A DNA stretch of 64,000 bases, taken from Candidatus Latescibacterota bacterium. GTDB taxonomy: Bacteria > Latescibacterota > UBA2968 > UBA8231. Made by a program: the position numbers and the translations under genes. The notes below the pieces were generated by a model that saw nothing but the letters and a program-made list of their open reading frames with translations, was not told where the DNA came from and made no database searches. Positions 19,444-28,815 of the stretch are shown here, in pieces. The DNA is taken from the NCBI GenBank assembly GCA_965261395.1, contig OZ253462.1:1632001-1696000 (forward strand), read 5' to 3'. Positions within the stretch are counted from its first letter, which is position 1; each line of letters opens with the position of its first letter.

Positions 19444-21273
19444 GTGAAGCTACCTGTTCATAATGAGGTTCTGGATGCGTGCAAATATGCGGCAACCATA
19501 TCCAGGTTCAAATTCCATGGAATGGATCGGAGGTTCGTTCCACTCCCAGCGGTCAAGACGGCCACCGTTACCTTTATCGGAATCAACTATAAGACCTATG
19601 CCATCACTGCCCGCCATGTGATCGAGCATTTTCAAGAACGTGCCCGTGCGGAAGAGCGGGAGCACGAGGGTTTTTATTGCCCCCAGTCTCCCGGAGTGGT
19701 CATTGAGGGCCCTTTCCTGACGCCCCCGGCCAATTATCCGGAGGCCCCTCCCGACATCGCGATTTGCCCAATAGACAGGTGCCTTCCTAGCTACGTCGGG
19801 AAGGAGGCATTCGTGGTGCGGCCAGAGGGTGACCCAGAATGGCCCGTCTCCCATGCCGTTGTATTCGGATTTCCGACCGAAGAAAAACACAACATAAAGG
19901 ACGAGCACGGGAATACTAGGCTCGCTATGCCGTGCATTCACGTGTTGGCAGAGGGAGTGGAATCCGATGGACTGGGCGATCAAGTGCTCTTTTACAGTTC
20001 TCTGCCGGAGCCACCAGTCGTTCAAAACCTTAGTGGGATAAGCGGCGGCCCAGCCTTCTGGACAGATGAATCAAGCTATGGCCTCGTTGGCTTTGTGACG
20101 GAAGGGAAGGTCGTGGTGCCGGATGAAGGCGAAGGCACACCGAACGGGGATTCAAGACTGCACTATTTCCTCCAACGGGTCGACTACTCCATCTTGGAGA
20201 GGTGGACGGAGTACATAGACGAGAACTGGGAGAGCAAATGTGCCGAAATCGACGCGACGATCAATAGGGACCGTGGGCACCAAGCCGCGAACAAAGGTGC
20301 TGAGAGCGTCTACGAGGCGTACTCGGACGCGATGGCCGACATAGTGGGTGTCGCGAACAATCCGATATTGGAGTTGTTGGGGCCATCAGTGAGGGACATT
20401 GACGAAGTCGTCGATGATGAGTTCGTGGATCGAAAACGGACGCAAATGTTGCGGCTCCTCCGTGAGCAAAACGTGGCGCTTGATGGAGCGAAGTCCGAAG
20501 ATCTTGTTGAACTTTTGGGCGAGACGCATTTCTATGTACTATGCAAGAAAGAGGGGATTGAGCTTGACCAAGTCGTCGATGCAGGACACCCGGCATTCCG
20601 GTGTAGTCGGGACGAACGCCCATTCCGTCTTGAAGTCATCACTCCTTCTTTCGTTGGCGGGGACTCAGCCATCGAGGCGATGATCGAGGAGTCCTTCGAA
20701 AAGAAGGTCGCCATGCAGGAGCGCTTGGCTGAAGGACATTCTGTCGCAGTATCCCAACAAGTGATCGCGCCCTATGGAGAATTCCCTCATGAGCAACGGG
20801 TTACTCACCTTATACAACGGTTACAGGAGAAAGTACGCGCAAATGTGAGGGCTGGACGGTTCGATGCCGAACAACGGTTCTTGGTCTGCAATCTGATAGC
20901 CTTGCCTCCTTACGCCAATACTGACTCGATCCTGAGGCCGGTCTACTGTCGTCATGTCGCGGATGAAGGAATTTACACAGTGACGGGGGAACTGTGGATG
21001 GTTGCATTTGCCCGTCCGGGGATGCTCATCCATTCCGAACCGGAGTTTTCGTGGAGTCGTGGTGTTGAAGGGACAATCCAGACGACCGGTATCCTCGTGG
21101 ATGAGACATTCGATCGTTTCGCGGGGATCATATTTGTCGTATATGACCTACAGAGAACGGCAAGGACTCTGGCGGTGTTTCGTGACAAAGACTGCATGGG
21201 GAGGACCATGGTGACGCTGGTAGGTGATCGTTGGAATGATGAGGGCGATAGTAATGGCTGGTGTCTAAAATAG
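19444..21273 (+). CDS. Two-domain protein: trypsin-like serine protease plus uncharacterised, possibly degenerate PD-(D/E)xK C-terminal domain
   Basis: ITARH (His), PDIAI (Asp), GISGGP (Ser); GGAG RBS before the GTG. Confidence 0.7.
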   Translation: MKLPVHNEVLDACKYAATISRFKFHGMDRRFVPLPAVKTATVTFIGINYKTYAITARHVIEHFQERARAEEREHEGFYCPQSPGVVIEGPFLTPPANYPEAPPDIAICPIDRCLPSYVGKEAFVVRPEGDPEWPVSHAVVFGFPTEEKHNIKDEHGNTRLAMPCIHVLAEGVESDGLGDQVLFYSSLPEPPVVQNLSGISGGPAFWTDESSYGLVGFVTEGKVVVPDEGEGTPNGDSRLHYFLQRVDYSILERWTEYIDENWESKCAEIDATINRDRGHQAANKGAESVYEAYSDAMADIVGVANNPILELLGPSVRDIDEVVDDEFVDRKRTQMLRLLREQNVALDGAKSEDLVELLGETHFYVLCKKEGIELDQVVDAGHPAFRCSRDERPFRLEVITPSFVGGDSAIEAMIEESFEKKVAMQERLAEGHSVAVSQQVIAPYGEFPHEQRVTHLIQRLQEKVRANVRAGRFDAEQRFLVCNLIALPPYANTDSILRPVYCRHVADEGIYTVTGELWMVAFARPGMLIHSEPEFSWSRGVEGTIQTTGILVDETFDRFAGIIFVVYDLQRTARTLAVFRDKDCMGRTMVTLVGDRWNDEGDSNGWCLK

Positions 21274-21500
21274 CCGACCGAGGCAAACGCTTTGAGGAAT
21301 TCGTTCTCCAAGGAGGAGTAAGCCTGGGGAGTGAGCTCCGCCTATCGAAGGACCTGCAAATGACCATCAGAGAGCTTACCCCTTGGGTGTGTTTATCGCC
21401 TTGACAGAGGGCCCCAAAGGGCACCTCTTTTTATCTATACGTTCTCTCAAAGGATGGACCGAACGGTCCAAGGAGCAGCGGAAGCCTCAGAATAGAGAGG

Positions 21501-22052
21501 GTGGAGCAGGGTTTGGATCAATTCCAAGAAAGCCTTTTGGTATGGGAGCCTCTTCTCACTGCTTATGGCAACCTTGCCAGTATTGTAGGATTGATTCTGA
21601 CAATCATGGGGTTTGCCTTTACGGCGTGGAAGATCATACAAACGCGTAGATCGGCCGAAGAGGCAACCCGAATAGCGAAAGGAGCTATCGCTCAAATCAG
21701 TACTCGGCTTTTTTCAAACCAGATTGCGGATGGGGTTCGTCTCGCTTCCGAGCTCAAGAATACCTGTCGAATGGAACAATGGGAAAGGGCAATTGATCGG
21801 TGTGAACAGCTTAGGCTCCTTCTTGCATCAGTTGTTGAGGATCGCAATATTAGACCAGATGAGAGTAACTATATTTCAGTGGCGATTGATGACCTTGGAC
21901 TCATATTGCGGCGGCTGGAAGGAATGACAAGAGAGGGAAGTGCTACTTCTCTTACCCCAAATATGCAAAAGGTTCTGGATACTCTCACTATTACTTTAGG
22001 ACGCTTGGATGGCCGCTTAAAGAACGCAGCATTGGAGATTGACAATGGCTAG
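21501..22052 (+). CDS. Hypothetical single-TM protein
   Basis: Hydrophobic LASIVGLILTIMGFAFTAW followed by a helical domain; overlaps the next ORF; AT-richer than the core genes. Confidence 0.7.
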   Translation: MEQGLDQFQESLLVWEPLLTAYGNLASIVGLILTIMGFAFTAWKIIQTRRSAEEATRIAKGAIAQISTRLFSNQIADGVRLASELKNTCRMEQWERAIDRCEQLRLLLASVVEDRNIRPDESNYISVAIDDLGLILRRLEGMTREGSATSLTPNMQKVLDTLTITLGRLDGRLKNAALEIDNG

Positions 22053-22425
22053 CGAGAAATTCAGCATGCTACTTGACAAATTGTTGTCAAAGACACGTGA
22101 AAAAGACATCCGTTGGCATGAAACCGCAAATGACTCTGCTTTTCGCATTGCATTAGGGGACGGATTAATTCGCATCGAATATGAGGTGGACTCTGATGGT
22201 GACATGTACTATGCTGCTTATCTGCAAAACAGAAAAGGACGTACACTTGACCAGATAGGCCCACTCTACCGGGGAGATTCCACGAACGAACTACTTCCTG
22301 AACTCTTTGAGGCAGCTAGAATCTCAGCTTTGGGAGTAGATGAAATCCTTGAGAGTATGGCAAAGGATGCGGAATTAGGAAAAACTCAGCCCCTCCCTTC
22401 AGAAGAAGACGACCTCCCTTTTTAG
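22045..22425 (+). CDS. Hypothetical acidic protein
   Basis: GGAG RBS, start overlaps the previous stop, ends DDLPF. Confidence 0.7.
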   Translation: MASEKFSMLLDKLLSKTREKDIRWHETANDSAFRIALGDGLIRIEYEVDSDGDMYYAAYLQNRKGRTLDQIGPLYRGDSTNELLPELFEAARISALGVDEILESMAKDAELGKTQPLPSEEDDLPF

Positions 22426-22544
22426 GGAGATCGACAGATTTTAAATTAGCCCTCGCTATCTTTGCACTTCCTGGACCTGCTAGGTCATGCTCCGGACCGT
22501 CCCTGGGTCATGGAGATGCAGAGTTTTCCCAGCGAAAAATATCC

Positions 22545-22920
22545 GCCATGCACGATCCGACCGAAGGCGGGGTCGCCACGGGCCTGTGGGAATTGGCCAC
22601 CGCATCCGCTGTGGGCGCTGAAATCGACTACCACGCGCTGCCCATCGATCCGGCCACAGCGCACCTCTGCGCGGCCTTTGAACTCGATCCCCTCGGCGTA
22701 ATTTCTTCGGGTGCGCTGCTGATCGGCTGCACGACCGATTCCACCGACGCCATACTCGCGGCCCTGCACGACGCCAACATAGCCGCGGCCCACATCGGCA
22801 CGGTGCGCCCGCCTTCCTTTGGACTTCAGCTACGCCGCGACGGCCACCTGACCCCATTGCCCACTTTCCCGACAGACGAAATCACGCGCCTCTTTGCCTA
22901 ATCGCGGTCTTGCCGGTTAT
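22545..22920 (+). pseudogene. Direct repeat copy 2: 5'-truncated duplicate of the AIR-synthase-like gene
   Basis: MHDPTEGG...DEITRLFA, near-identical to the last 117 aa of 18283-19296. Confidence 0.93.
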
Positions 22921-22972
22921 CTTGACATCGGCAACGAGAGCGGAAACGCGGTATGGAATAGGAGGGAATGCA

Positions 22973-25900
22973 ATGTATAGGGAGCCTTGCAGGAGATCGG
23001 GTCGAGCAGTGGCCATCATGGCGCTGGCACTTGGGATGGCGATGTGCAGCCTTTCCCACGCCGATCTCCCTCCCCCAGCCGTGGTCTGGTGGTCGGCACC
23101 GGTCCTGCCCGGTGAGATCGTCGTCCTGCACGGGGGAGACTGGGGCGACGATCCCAAAGTGGAGATAGCATCAATCCGCAACTCCGAACCGGGAGAAGCT
23201 GCTACAGGGCGTACGCCCGTCATGGGTGATGTGCGCGTCCTTGCCCCCATCCACCGCACAGAGACCGGTCTCAGCTTCGTCCTGCCGGAGACGCCGGAAG
23301 GCCTGCACATGTGTCGGGTCGTTTTAGGCGGGGGTGGGGCTTCAGCACCTTTCGTCCTGAACGAACCGACCTCGTGGTGGGTCCAAGGCGATCGCGGACG
23401 AGCGGCATCGCCCGGCGGATGGCTGCGTGTCTTCGGTCGCTGCCTCTCCTTCGACGCAAAGGCGCGGATGGCCCTGAAGCGGGGCAACGACCACATCGAA
23501 CTGCCCCTTCAGCAACAGGACTCGTGGTCGGTGACGGCTTCCCTGCCGACGAAGCTCGCGTCAGGGGCATACGAGGTCTTCGTCCACAATGGCCACGGCG
23601 GCCCGGCTGGTTGGCGCCGCGTGGGAACCATGGCCATCGCCGTGCACGAGGAGGTCTGGGAGAATCGGGTCTTCGACGTGGTCGATTTCGGTGCCGTGCC
23701 CAACGACCGGGCCGCCGACACCCAAGCCCTGCGCGCGGCCTTGGCGGCGGCTGGCCAGAACGGCGGCGGCATCGTCCACCTGCCGCGAGGCCGCTACCAG
23801 ATTCACGGCACCTTGGAGATCCCCCCGTTCACTTTGCTGCGGGGCGAGTCCCTAGAGCTGAGCCAGCTCTATTGGCCGGACACGCAGAAGCCACCCGCGG
23901 CATTGATCAAAGGCAGCCATGACTTCGGGGTGGAAGACCTGTTCATCACGTCCGGGAACTACCTGAACGGCATCGTCTCCGGTCGCCTAGCCGACCCCGC
24001 GAGCGGGCGGGTCATCATTCGCCGGGTCCGGATGCGCCTCTTGCGGGACCAGTACGTCAGCGCCGAGGAACGCCTCCGTCGCCACAGCCTGCCGGGCCAT
24101 GCCCTAGACCTTGAAGGCGAGTTCGTCCGCGTCACCGACTGCGACATCGCGACCAGTGGCCGCGGCGGGAGCTTCGCGCTGCGCGTCCGCTACGGACAGG
24201 TCGCCGGCAACCGGTTTATCAACGGCGGCAACTCCATCTCTGGATCGGAGAACCTGATCTTCGAGGACAACACCGTGACCGGCGGCGGCGTCAGCGTAGC
24301 CCCTTTGCCGCTCTACCAGCGCAACATCTACTTCGCCGGCAACCGCCTAGAGCGGAACTTCGCCCACGACCGCGAGGCCATGACCCTCGACGGCAGGACC
24401 CACACCTACCAAGGTGCCGTGACGAACGTGGCCGGCAACCGCCTAGTGCTCGCCGATGAGGGCATGGCCTGGCGCAACGGCGCCGATCACTGGATCAACG
24501 GCGGCATCATGGTCTTCGCTGGCCGGGGCGCGGGCCAGCTACGGCGCATCCGCCGCATCGACGGCAGGACCGTCGAAGTGGATCGGCCCTGGACGATCGA
24601 GCCCGACGACAGCTCCCTGATCGCGATCTCCTACTTCCGCGAGCGCCACCTGTTCGTCGGCAACCGCATCGAGGACGCCACCATCGCCCTGCAACTCCAC
24701 GGCTCTCTCATCGAAGGAATCGTGGCGGGCAATACGAGCACCCGGGCCGGCGGGTTCCACAGCTTCGGCATGTGGAAGGGCGGCGGGCCCGAGCCCTCCT
24801 GGTATGTCCAGTATTTCGACGACGAGATCCTCGAGGGGAACGCCTACCGCGGCCCCATGAACGAGATCCCGTCGCTCGACTCGCATCTGGCCATCCAGGA
24901 CCGCGGGAACTCGCAGACGGACTATTCCTTCACCCGCACCTGTCTGGCTCGGCGCTGCATTCTGCGCAACAATGCCCGCATCGAGGTGCTCGGCAACGGC
25001 ATCGCCGACAACGTCCTCATCGAAAACTGCTTGGTCGAGAACGCCGACATCGGGCTGTACGTGGATCCGCGCGCCCAAGGCGTGATCCTGCGGGGCAACC
25101 GCTTCGACAACGTCCTCCAACCCATGACCGGCACCATCGAGCGCGCCGTCACCCATCCGGCCGATCTCGTGCTCGCCGCCCTGTCCGGCGCCCAAGCACA
25201 GCTCGGCGCAGGGGCACCCGCCGCCTGGGCCCGAATCCAGAGCGAGCTCGAAACGCTTGCCGTTGAGGGTGACCTAGCGTCCAAGGCCACAGCGGCAAAA
25301 GCTAGGGCCTTCCTCGCAGAAGCGGTCGCTGCACTGGCGTCCAGCGGTTCAGAGGAATACACCGCCGACTTGATGCGGACCCTGCTGGGCATCGACGTCG
25401 CGGTTGATACAGACGCCCTCGCCGCCGCCGCGACGACGGGCAAGGCGACCTCCGTGCCCGTGCAGGTATCCGTCCCCTCATGGTCGCTACCGGTGTCGGT
25501 CGCGCTGCACGTTGATCCGTTTCCCGGGTGGACAGTGGCGTCGAGCCCGACCCAAGCGATCGAGCCGGGCGGAACCGCCCATTTTGCCCTGCAAACCGCC
25601 GGCCCCAAGCGACCGGCCAGCCCCTTCGACCTGCCCTTTACCTGCGACGTGCACGGCGACGGCTGGCGGTTGTCATTCACCGACCACGCTGGGCCGGCAC
25701 GGCTCACCGTCACCGACTGGCTCGTCGTGGGGCCCTTCGAGAACGAGAGCGGCGAGGTCATCGACACGACCGTGCATCCCCCAGAGCTGAAGCTGGACGT
25801 GACCGCCCGCTACGAAACCCGGGACGGCGTGAAGGGCTGGAAGCCGATCCGCAGTACCGCCGACGGGAGGCTCGATCTGACCGCCCATTTTACGGACGCG

Positions 25901-26263
25901 GATCGGGCCGTGGCCTACGCCGCAGCCTGCGTGCGCGCGGCCCGGGACATTCCGGCGATGGTCACCTATGCCGGCATGACCTCCACGGACGGGGTCATGC
26001 TCTACGTCAACGGGCAGCGAATCGGCACGCGCTGGCGCTTCAACCAGTGGGGCCCGACGCTGCTGCGACAGGGAGACAACATCGTCTTCGCCGTGCTCTC
26101 CAACCTCGACCGCGACTGGCGGGCAGGCATGCAGGTGGAACCGATGGCTCCCCTCGCCCCTGGCGAGCTCATCGCCGTCCCTGCCGACAAGCTCTCCGAC
26201 GTGGCGGCCCTGAAGAGTGCAGTCGAAGCGGTACCGGAAGGCCGGGCCCGTGGACTCGACTGA
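22973..26263 (+). CDS. Large exported right-handed beta-helix (pectate-lyase/GH28-like) protein with accessory beta-sandwich domains
   Basis: AGGAGG RBS, signal peptide, FDVVDFGAVPND..DTQALRAAL...GGIVHLPRGRY N-cap, repeated Asn-ladder segments, WLVVGPF module. Confidence 0.8.
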   Translation: MYREPCRRSGRAVAIMALALGMAMCSLSHADLPPPAVVWWSAPVLPGEIVVLHGGDWGDDPKVEIASIRNSEPGEAATGRTPVMGDVRVLAPIHRTETGLSFVLPETPEGLHMCRVVLGGGGASAPFVLNEPTSWWVQGDRGRAASPGGWLRVFGRCLSFDAKARMALKRGNDHIELPLQQQDSWSVTASLPTKLASGAYEVFVHNGHGGPAGWRRVGTMAIAVHEEVWENRVFDVVDFGAVPNDRAADTQALRAALAAAGQNGGGIVHLPRGRYQIHGTLEIPPFTLLRGESLELSQLYWPDTQKPPAALIKGSHDFGVEDLFITSGNYLNGIVSGRLADPASGRVIIRRVRMRLLRDQYVSAEERLRRHSLPGHALDLEGEFVRVTDCDIATSGRGGSFALRVRYGQVAGNRFINGGNSISGSENLIFEDNTVTGGGVSVAPLPLYQRNIYFAGNRLERNFAHDREAMTLDGRTHTYQGAVTNVAGNRLVLADEGMAWRNGADHWINGGIMVFAGRGAGQLRRIRRIDGRTVEVDRPWTIEPDDSSLIAISYFRERHLFVGNRIEDATIALQLHGSLIEGIVAGNTSTRAGGFHSFGMWKGGGPEPSWYVQYFDDEILEGNAYRGPMNEIPSLDSHLAIQDRGNSQTDYSFTRTCLARRCILRNNARIEVLGNGIADNVLIENCLVENADIGLYVDPRAQGVILRGNRFDNVLQPMTGTIERAVTHPADLVLAALSGAQAQLGAGAPAAWARIQSELETLAVEGDLASKATAAKARAFLAEAVAALASSGSEEYTADLMRTLLGIDVAVDTDALAAAATTGKATSVPVQVSVPSWSLPVSVALHVDPFPGWTVASSPTQAIEPGGTAHFALQTAGPKRPASPFDLPFTCDVHGDGWRLSFTDHAGPARLTVTDWLVVGPFENESGEVIDTTVHPPELKLDVTARYETRDGVKGWKPIRSTADGRLDLTAHFTDADRAVAYAAACVRAARDIPAMVTYAGMTSTDGVMLYVNGQRIGTRWRFNQWGPTLLRQGDNIVFAVLSNLDRDWRAGMQVEPMAPLAPGELIAVPADKLSDVAALKSAVEAVPEGRARGLD

Positions 26264-26362
26264 CAGCGCGACGGCACCAAGTTCGGGTCGTTGCACAGGT
26301 TTGTGGTGATGGGTCGGAAGACGTTTTTTGTTTGCATGAATAGACTCTTCTATTAACGAAGC

Positions 26363-27031
26363 ATGATGATGAAATTCACTCTTTTACTTTTGACCTTATA
26401 CCTGGGCACATCACCTGTTTTTGCACAGGAAACGCAAGTGGATTCTACGCGGAGCGACCGACCGACATTTTCGCTGACGCCTACCTGAGTGGGCTGACCT
26501 GGCGAAGGCGCACCACTTCGGGGAAGTGGCATTCATACGAAATTTGCACTTTCGGGGCGGTATGTACATACGTCGATGGACCGTCCGCAGTGGCGGTTTA
26601 CCGCCAATTACAGACTGCATCAACGCCTGCAAGTTGGGATCGAGCTGAATCCAAAAGCAGAAGAGGTAGGACCTCTTGCGACCCTGTTTTTGCTAACCGA
26701 GACAGAGACGCGTCCGGCACTCTTTTTGGGCACGAGTTCAGATCGAATTGGATCGCCGGCGGGCGAGCAGTCTTACTTCGCGACTGTAAGTAAATATATA
26801 CCTCGGTTGCGCACTTCTTTTTACGGCAGTTTGAATTATTCGGAATGGGATGGGAAGTTCAATATTCCCTTTGGCGTGGGGGTTGAATTGGGCAAAGGCT
26901 TTTCATTGCGACCGATGTATGATGGCGACCGGAGGCATGTGATGCTGAATTATTTCGCCACGCAATACGGTGTCAGTTTGATGTATGTGTGGCTCGAAAC
27001 CATGGGTATTTCGTTTTCTCTTGGATTTTAG
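26363..27031 (+). CDS. Candidate selenoprotein: signal peptide, UxxU motif, beta-barrel-like domain (two in-frame TGA codons)
   Basis: MMMKFTLLLLTLYLGTSPVFA-QETQ...LTPT-TGA(26486)-V-G-TGA(26495)-PGEGAPL... in frame with the 26576-27031 ORF, which ends ISFSLGF. Confidence 0.7.
26513..26529 (+). promoter_or_regulatory. SECIS-like hairpin
   Basis: CCACTTC-GGG-GAAGTGG. The G-containing loop lies 22 nt after the second TGA and 31 nt after the first. Confidence 0.55.
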
Positions 27032-27043
27032 TGTGGAGGATCA

Positions 27044-27733
27044 ATGCGTTGTTGCAATTTTTTATTTTTAATTGTTTTGGCAAGTTCGGTTACGCTTATA
27101 GCTGAAACTCAGATTCCCGATAAGGCACTTTGTAGTGTCTGTGCATTAAAGGGCGGCGAGACAGAGTTGGAAAAGGTCAAGGCCCATTCGGAACACGATG
27201 GCAAAGCGTACTATTTTTGTTCTGAAAACTGCAAAATAGAATTTGACTCAGATCCCTTGGCTTATTTACCACCGGTATTTCCACGACCTGCACCAGCCTT
27301 TGTCGTTGAAATGCTGGAGGGCGGGGACCAGGCGTTGGGGGATTTGCAGGGCAAAGTTGTGCTCGTAGATTTTTGGGCAACATGGTGCAAACCTTGTCTT
27401 GAGACAATGCCCCGGTTGCAAAAACTCTACAGCGCTTATTCCGATAAGAGTTTTGACGTTTTGGGTGTGTCTATAGATGAAGACGAAGACGAAGACCGGG
27501 TTAAGAAGATCAAAGAGATGGTGGACAAAATGGATATTTCTTATCCCATCTTTATAGACGCTAAACAGACGCCCGCTTGGTATCAGTTTAAGGTGAAAGC
27601 GATTCCTGCGATGTATCTTCTCGATGGAGAAAGTCAGATCGTCGCGCAGTGGACGGGAAAGATAGATTACGAGGAAGTGGAGCAGGAAGTCTTGCGACGG
27701 TTAAAAAAAAGGCTCCACGTTGAAGAGCCATGA
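27044..27733 (+). CDS. Exported YHS-domain plus TlpA/thioredoxin-like disulfide reductase
   Basis: GGAGG RBS, signal peptide, CSVC...YYFCSENCK..F..DP..Y (YHS), VLVDFWATWCKPC, IPAMYLLD. Confidence 0.9.
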   Translation: MRCCNFLFLIVLASSVTLIAETQIPDKALCSVCALKGGETELEKVKAHSEHDGKAYYFCSENCKIEFDSDPLAYLPPVFPRPAPAFVVEMLEGGDQALGDLQGKVVLVDFWATWCKPCLETMPRLQKLYSAYSDKSFDVLGVSIDEDEDEDRVKKIKEMVDKMDISYPIFIDAKQTPAWYQFKVKAIPAMYLLDGESQIVAQWTGKIDYEEVEQEVLRRLKKRLHVEEP

Positions 27734-27768
27734 GCGAGCTTTATCTTTCTGGAAACCCAATAAATCCC

Positions 27769-28767
27769 ATGACACAAATAGTCTCCACTGTCGACTTTGA
27801 CCGCGATGGCAAGCAAATCGGCTGGTTGCATGTGCCGCATTCGGTCACTCGCAGCGCCTACGGGGTACTGCCCATCCCCGTCGCCGTCATTCGCAATGGC
27901 CCCGGGCCGCAGGTCCTGCTGACAGCCGGCAACCACGGCGACGAGTACGAGGGCCAGGTGGTCCTGACGCGCTTGATCCAAGAGGTGCAGCCCGAGCAAA
28001 TCCGCGGCGGGCTTATCATCATACCGGCGCTGAATCAGCCAGCCGTGCTAGCGGCAGCGCGGGTCAGCCCGCTGGACGCAGGGAATCTGAACAGGGTCTT
28101 CCCGGGCGATCCCGGGGGCGGACCGACGTGGAAAATTGCGGACTATGTCGAACAGCATCTGCTGCCGCGGGTTGAAGTGGTGGCCGACTTCCACGGCGGC
28201 GGGGCCTCCCTGGACTACCGACCGCACGCCAGCACCCACTTCGGCCCCAACACGTCCTCTGAGCACAAGCGCCTAAGCCTGGATTTGGTTTCCAAGCTAG
28301 GTGTGCCGCACGTAATGGTTTTCGAGAACCGCACTGATAAGGGAGGGCTACCCGATGCCGCCATCCGGCAGGGCGTGATCTCTCTGGGCGGGGAATACGG
28401 TGGTACGGGGAGCGTATCGCGGTCCGGGGTAAAGCTGGTGCAACAGGCGGTTGACCGATTGCTGGCAGCCCTGGGGGTTAAGGGTACGCTGCCGGACGAC
28501 CTCGAGACGCCTCAGGTCCTCCACATCTTCGGCCCCGACGCGTACTCTTATGCACCGGAACCAGGCCTGTTCGATCCGGCCACCGATCTGGGTGACGAGG
28601 TGAGTGCCGGCGATCTGTGCGGTCAGGTCCTGTTTCCGGAGAATCCTTCGCGGCCCCCCGTGCCCGTCACTTTTCGAGGCGAGGGTACGGTGGTCTGCAA
28701 ACGGCACCTGGGCAGGGTGGAAGCCGGAGACTGCGTCGCCCACCTAGCAGCCCCTGTAAGCGACTGA
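27769..28767 (+). CDS. Succinylglutamate desuccinylase/aspartoacylase family (DoeB-like)
   Basis: GNHGDEYEG, NLNRVFPG, DFHGGG, GEYGG. Confidence 0.88.
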   Translation: MTQIVSTVDFDRDGKQIGWLHVPHSVTRSAYGVLPIPVAVIRNGPGPQVLLTAGNHGDEYEGQVVLTRLIQEVQPEQIRGGLIIIPALNQPAVLAAARVSPLDAGNLNRVFPGDPGGGPTWKIADYVEQHLLPRVEVVADFHGGGASLDYRPHASTHFGPNTSSEHKRLSLDLVSKLGVPHVMVFENRTDKGGLPDAAIRQGVISLGGEYGGTGSVSRSGVKLVQQAVDRLLAALGVKGTLPDDLETPQVLHIFGPDAYSYAPEPGLFDPATDLGDEVSAGDLCGQVLFPENPSRPPVPVTFRGEGTVVCKRHLGRVEAGDCVAHLAAPVSD

Positions 28768-28815
28768 CCACCTCCCGTCAATCCATCACTCTATAGCGTC
28801 AGGTTTGGATTTAGG

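Noticed and set aside
26261-26356. Sec read-through of the beta-helix gene TGA
   Set aside because: No redox motif context, no convincing hairpin, and the short extension runs into compositionally different DNA.
26486-26497. TGA reassigned to Trp/Gly (alternative genetic code)
   Set aside because: TGA is a normal stop elsewhere in the window (e.g. hemC, cobA/hemD, grpE) and TGG is used for Trp.
27478-27496. GAAGAC short tandem repeat in the TlpA gene as a phase-variation tract
   Set aside because: It is a 6-nt in-frame unit that only lengthens an acidic loop.
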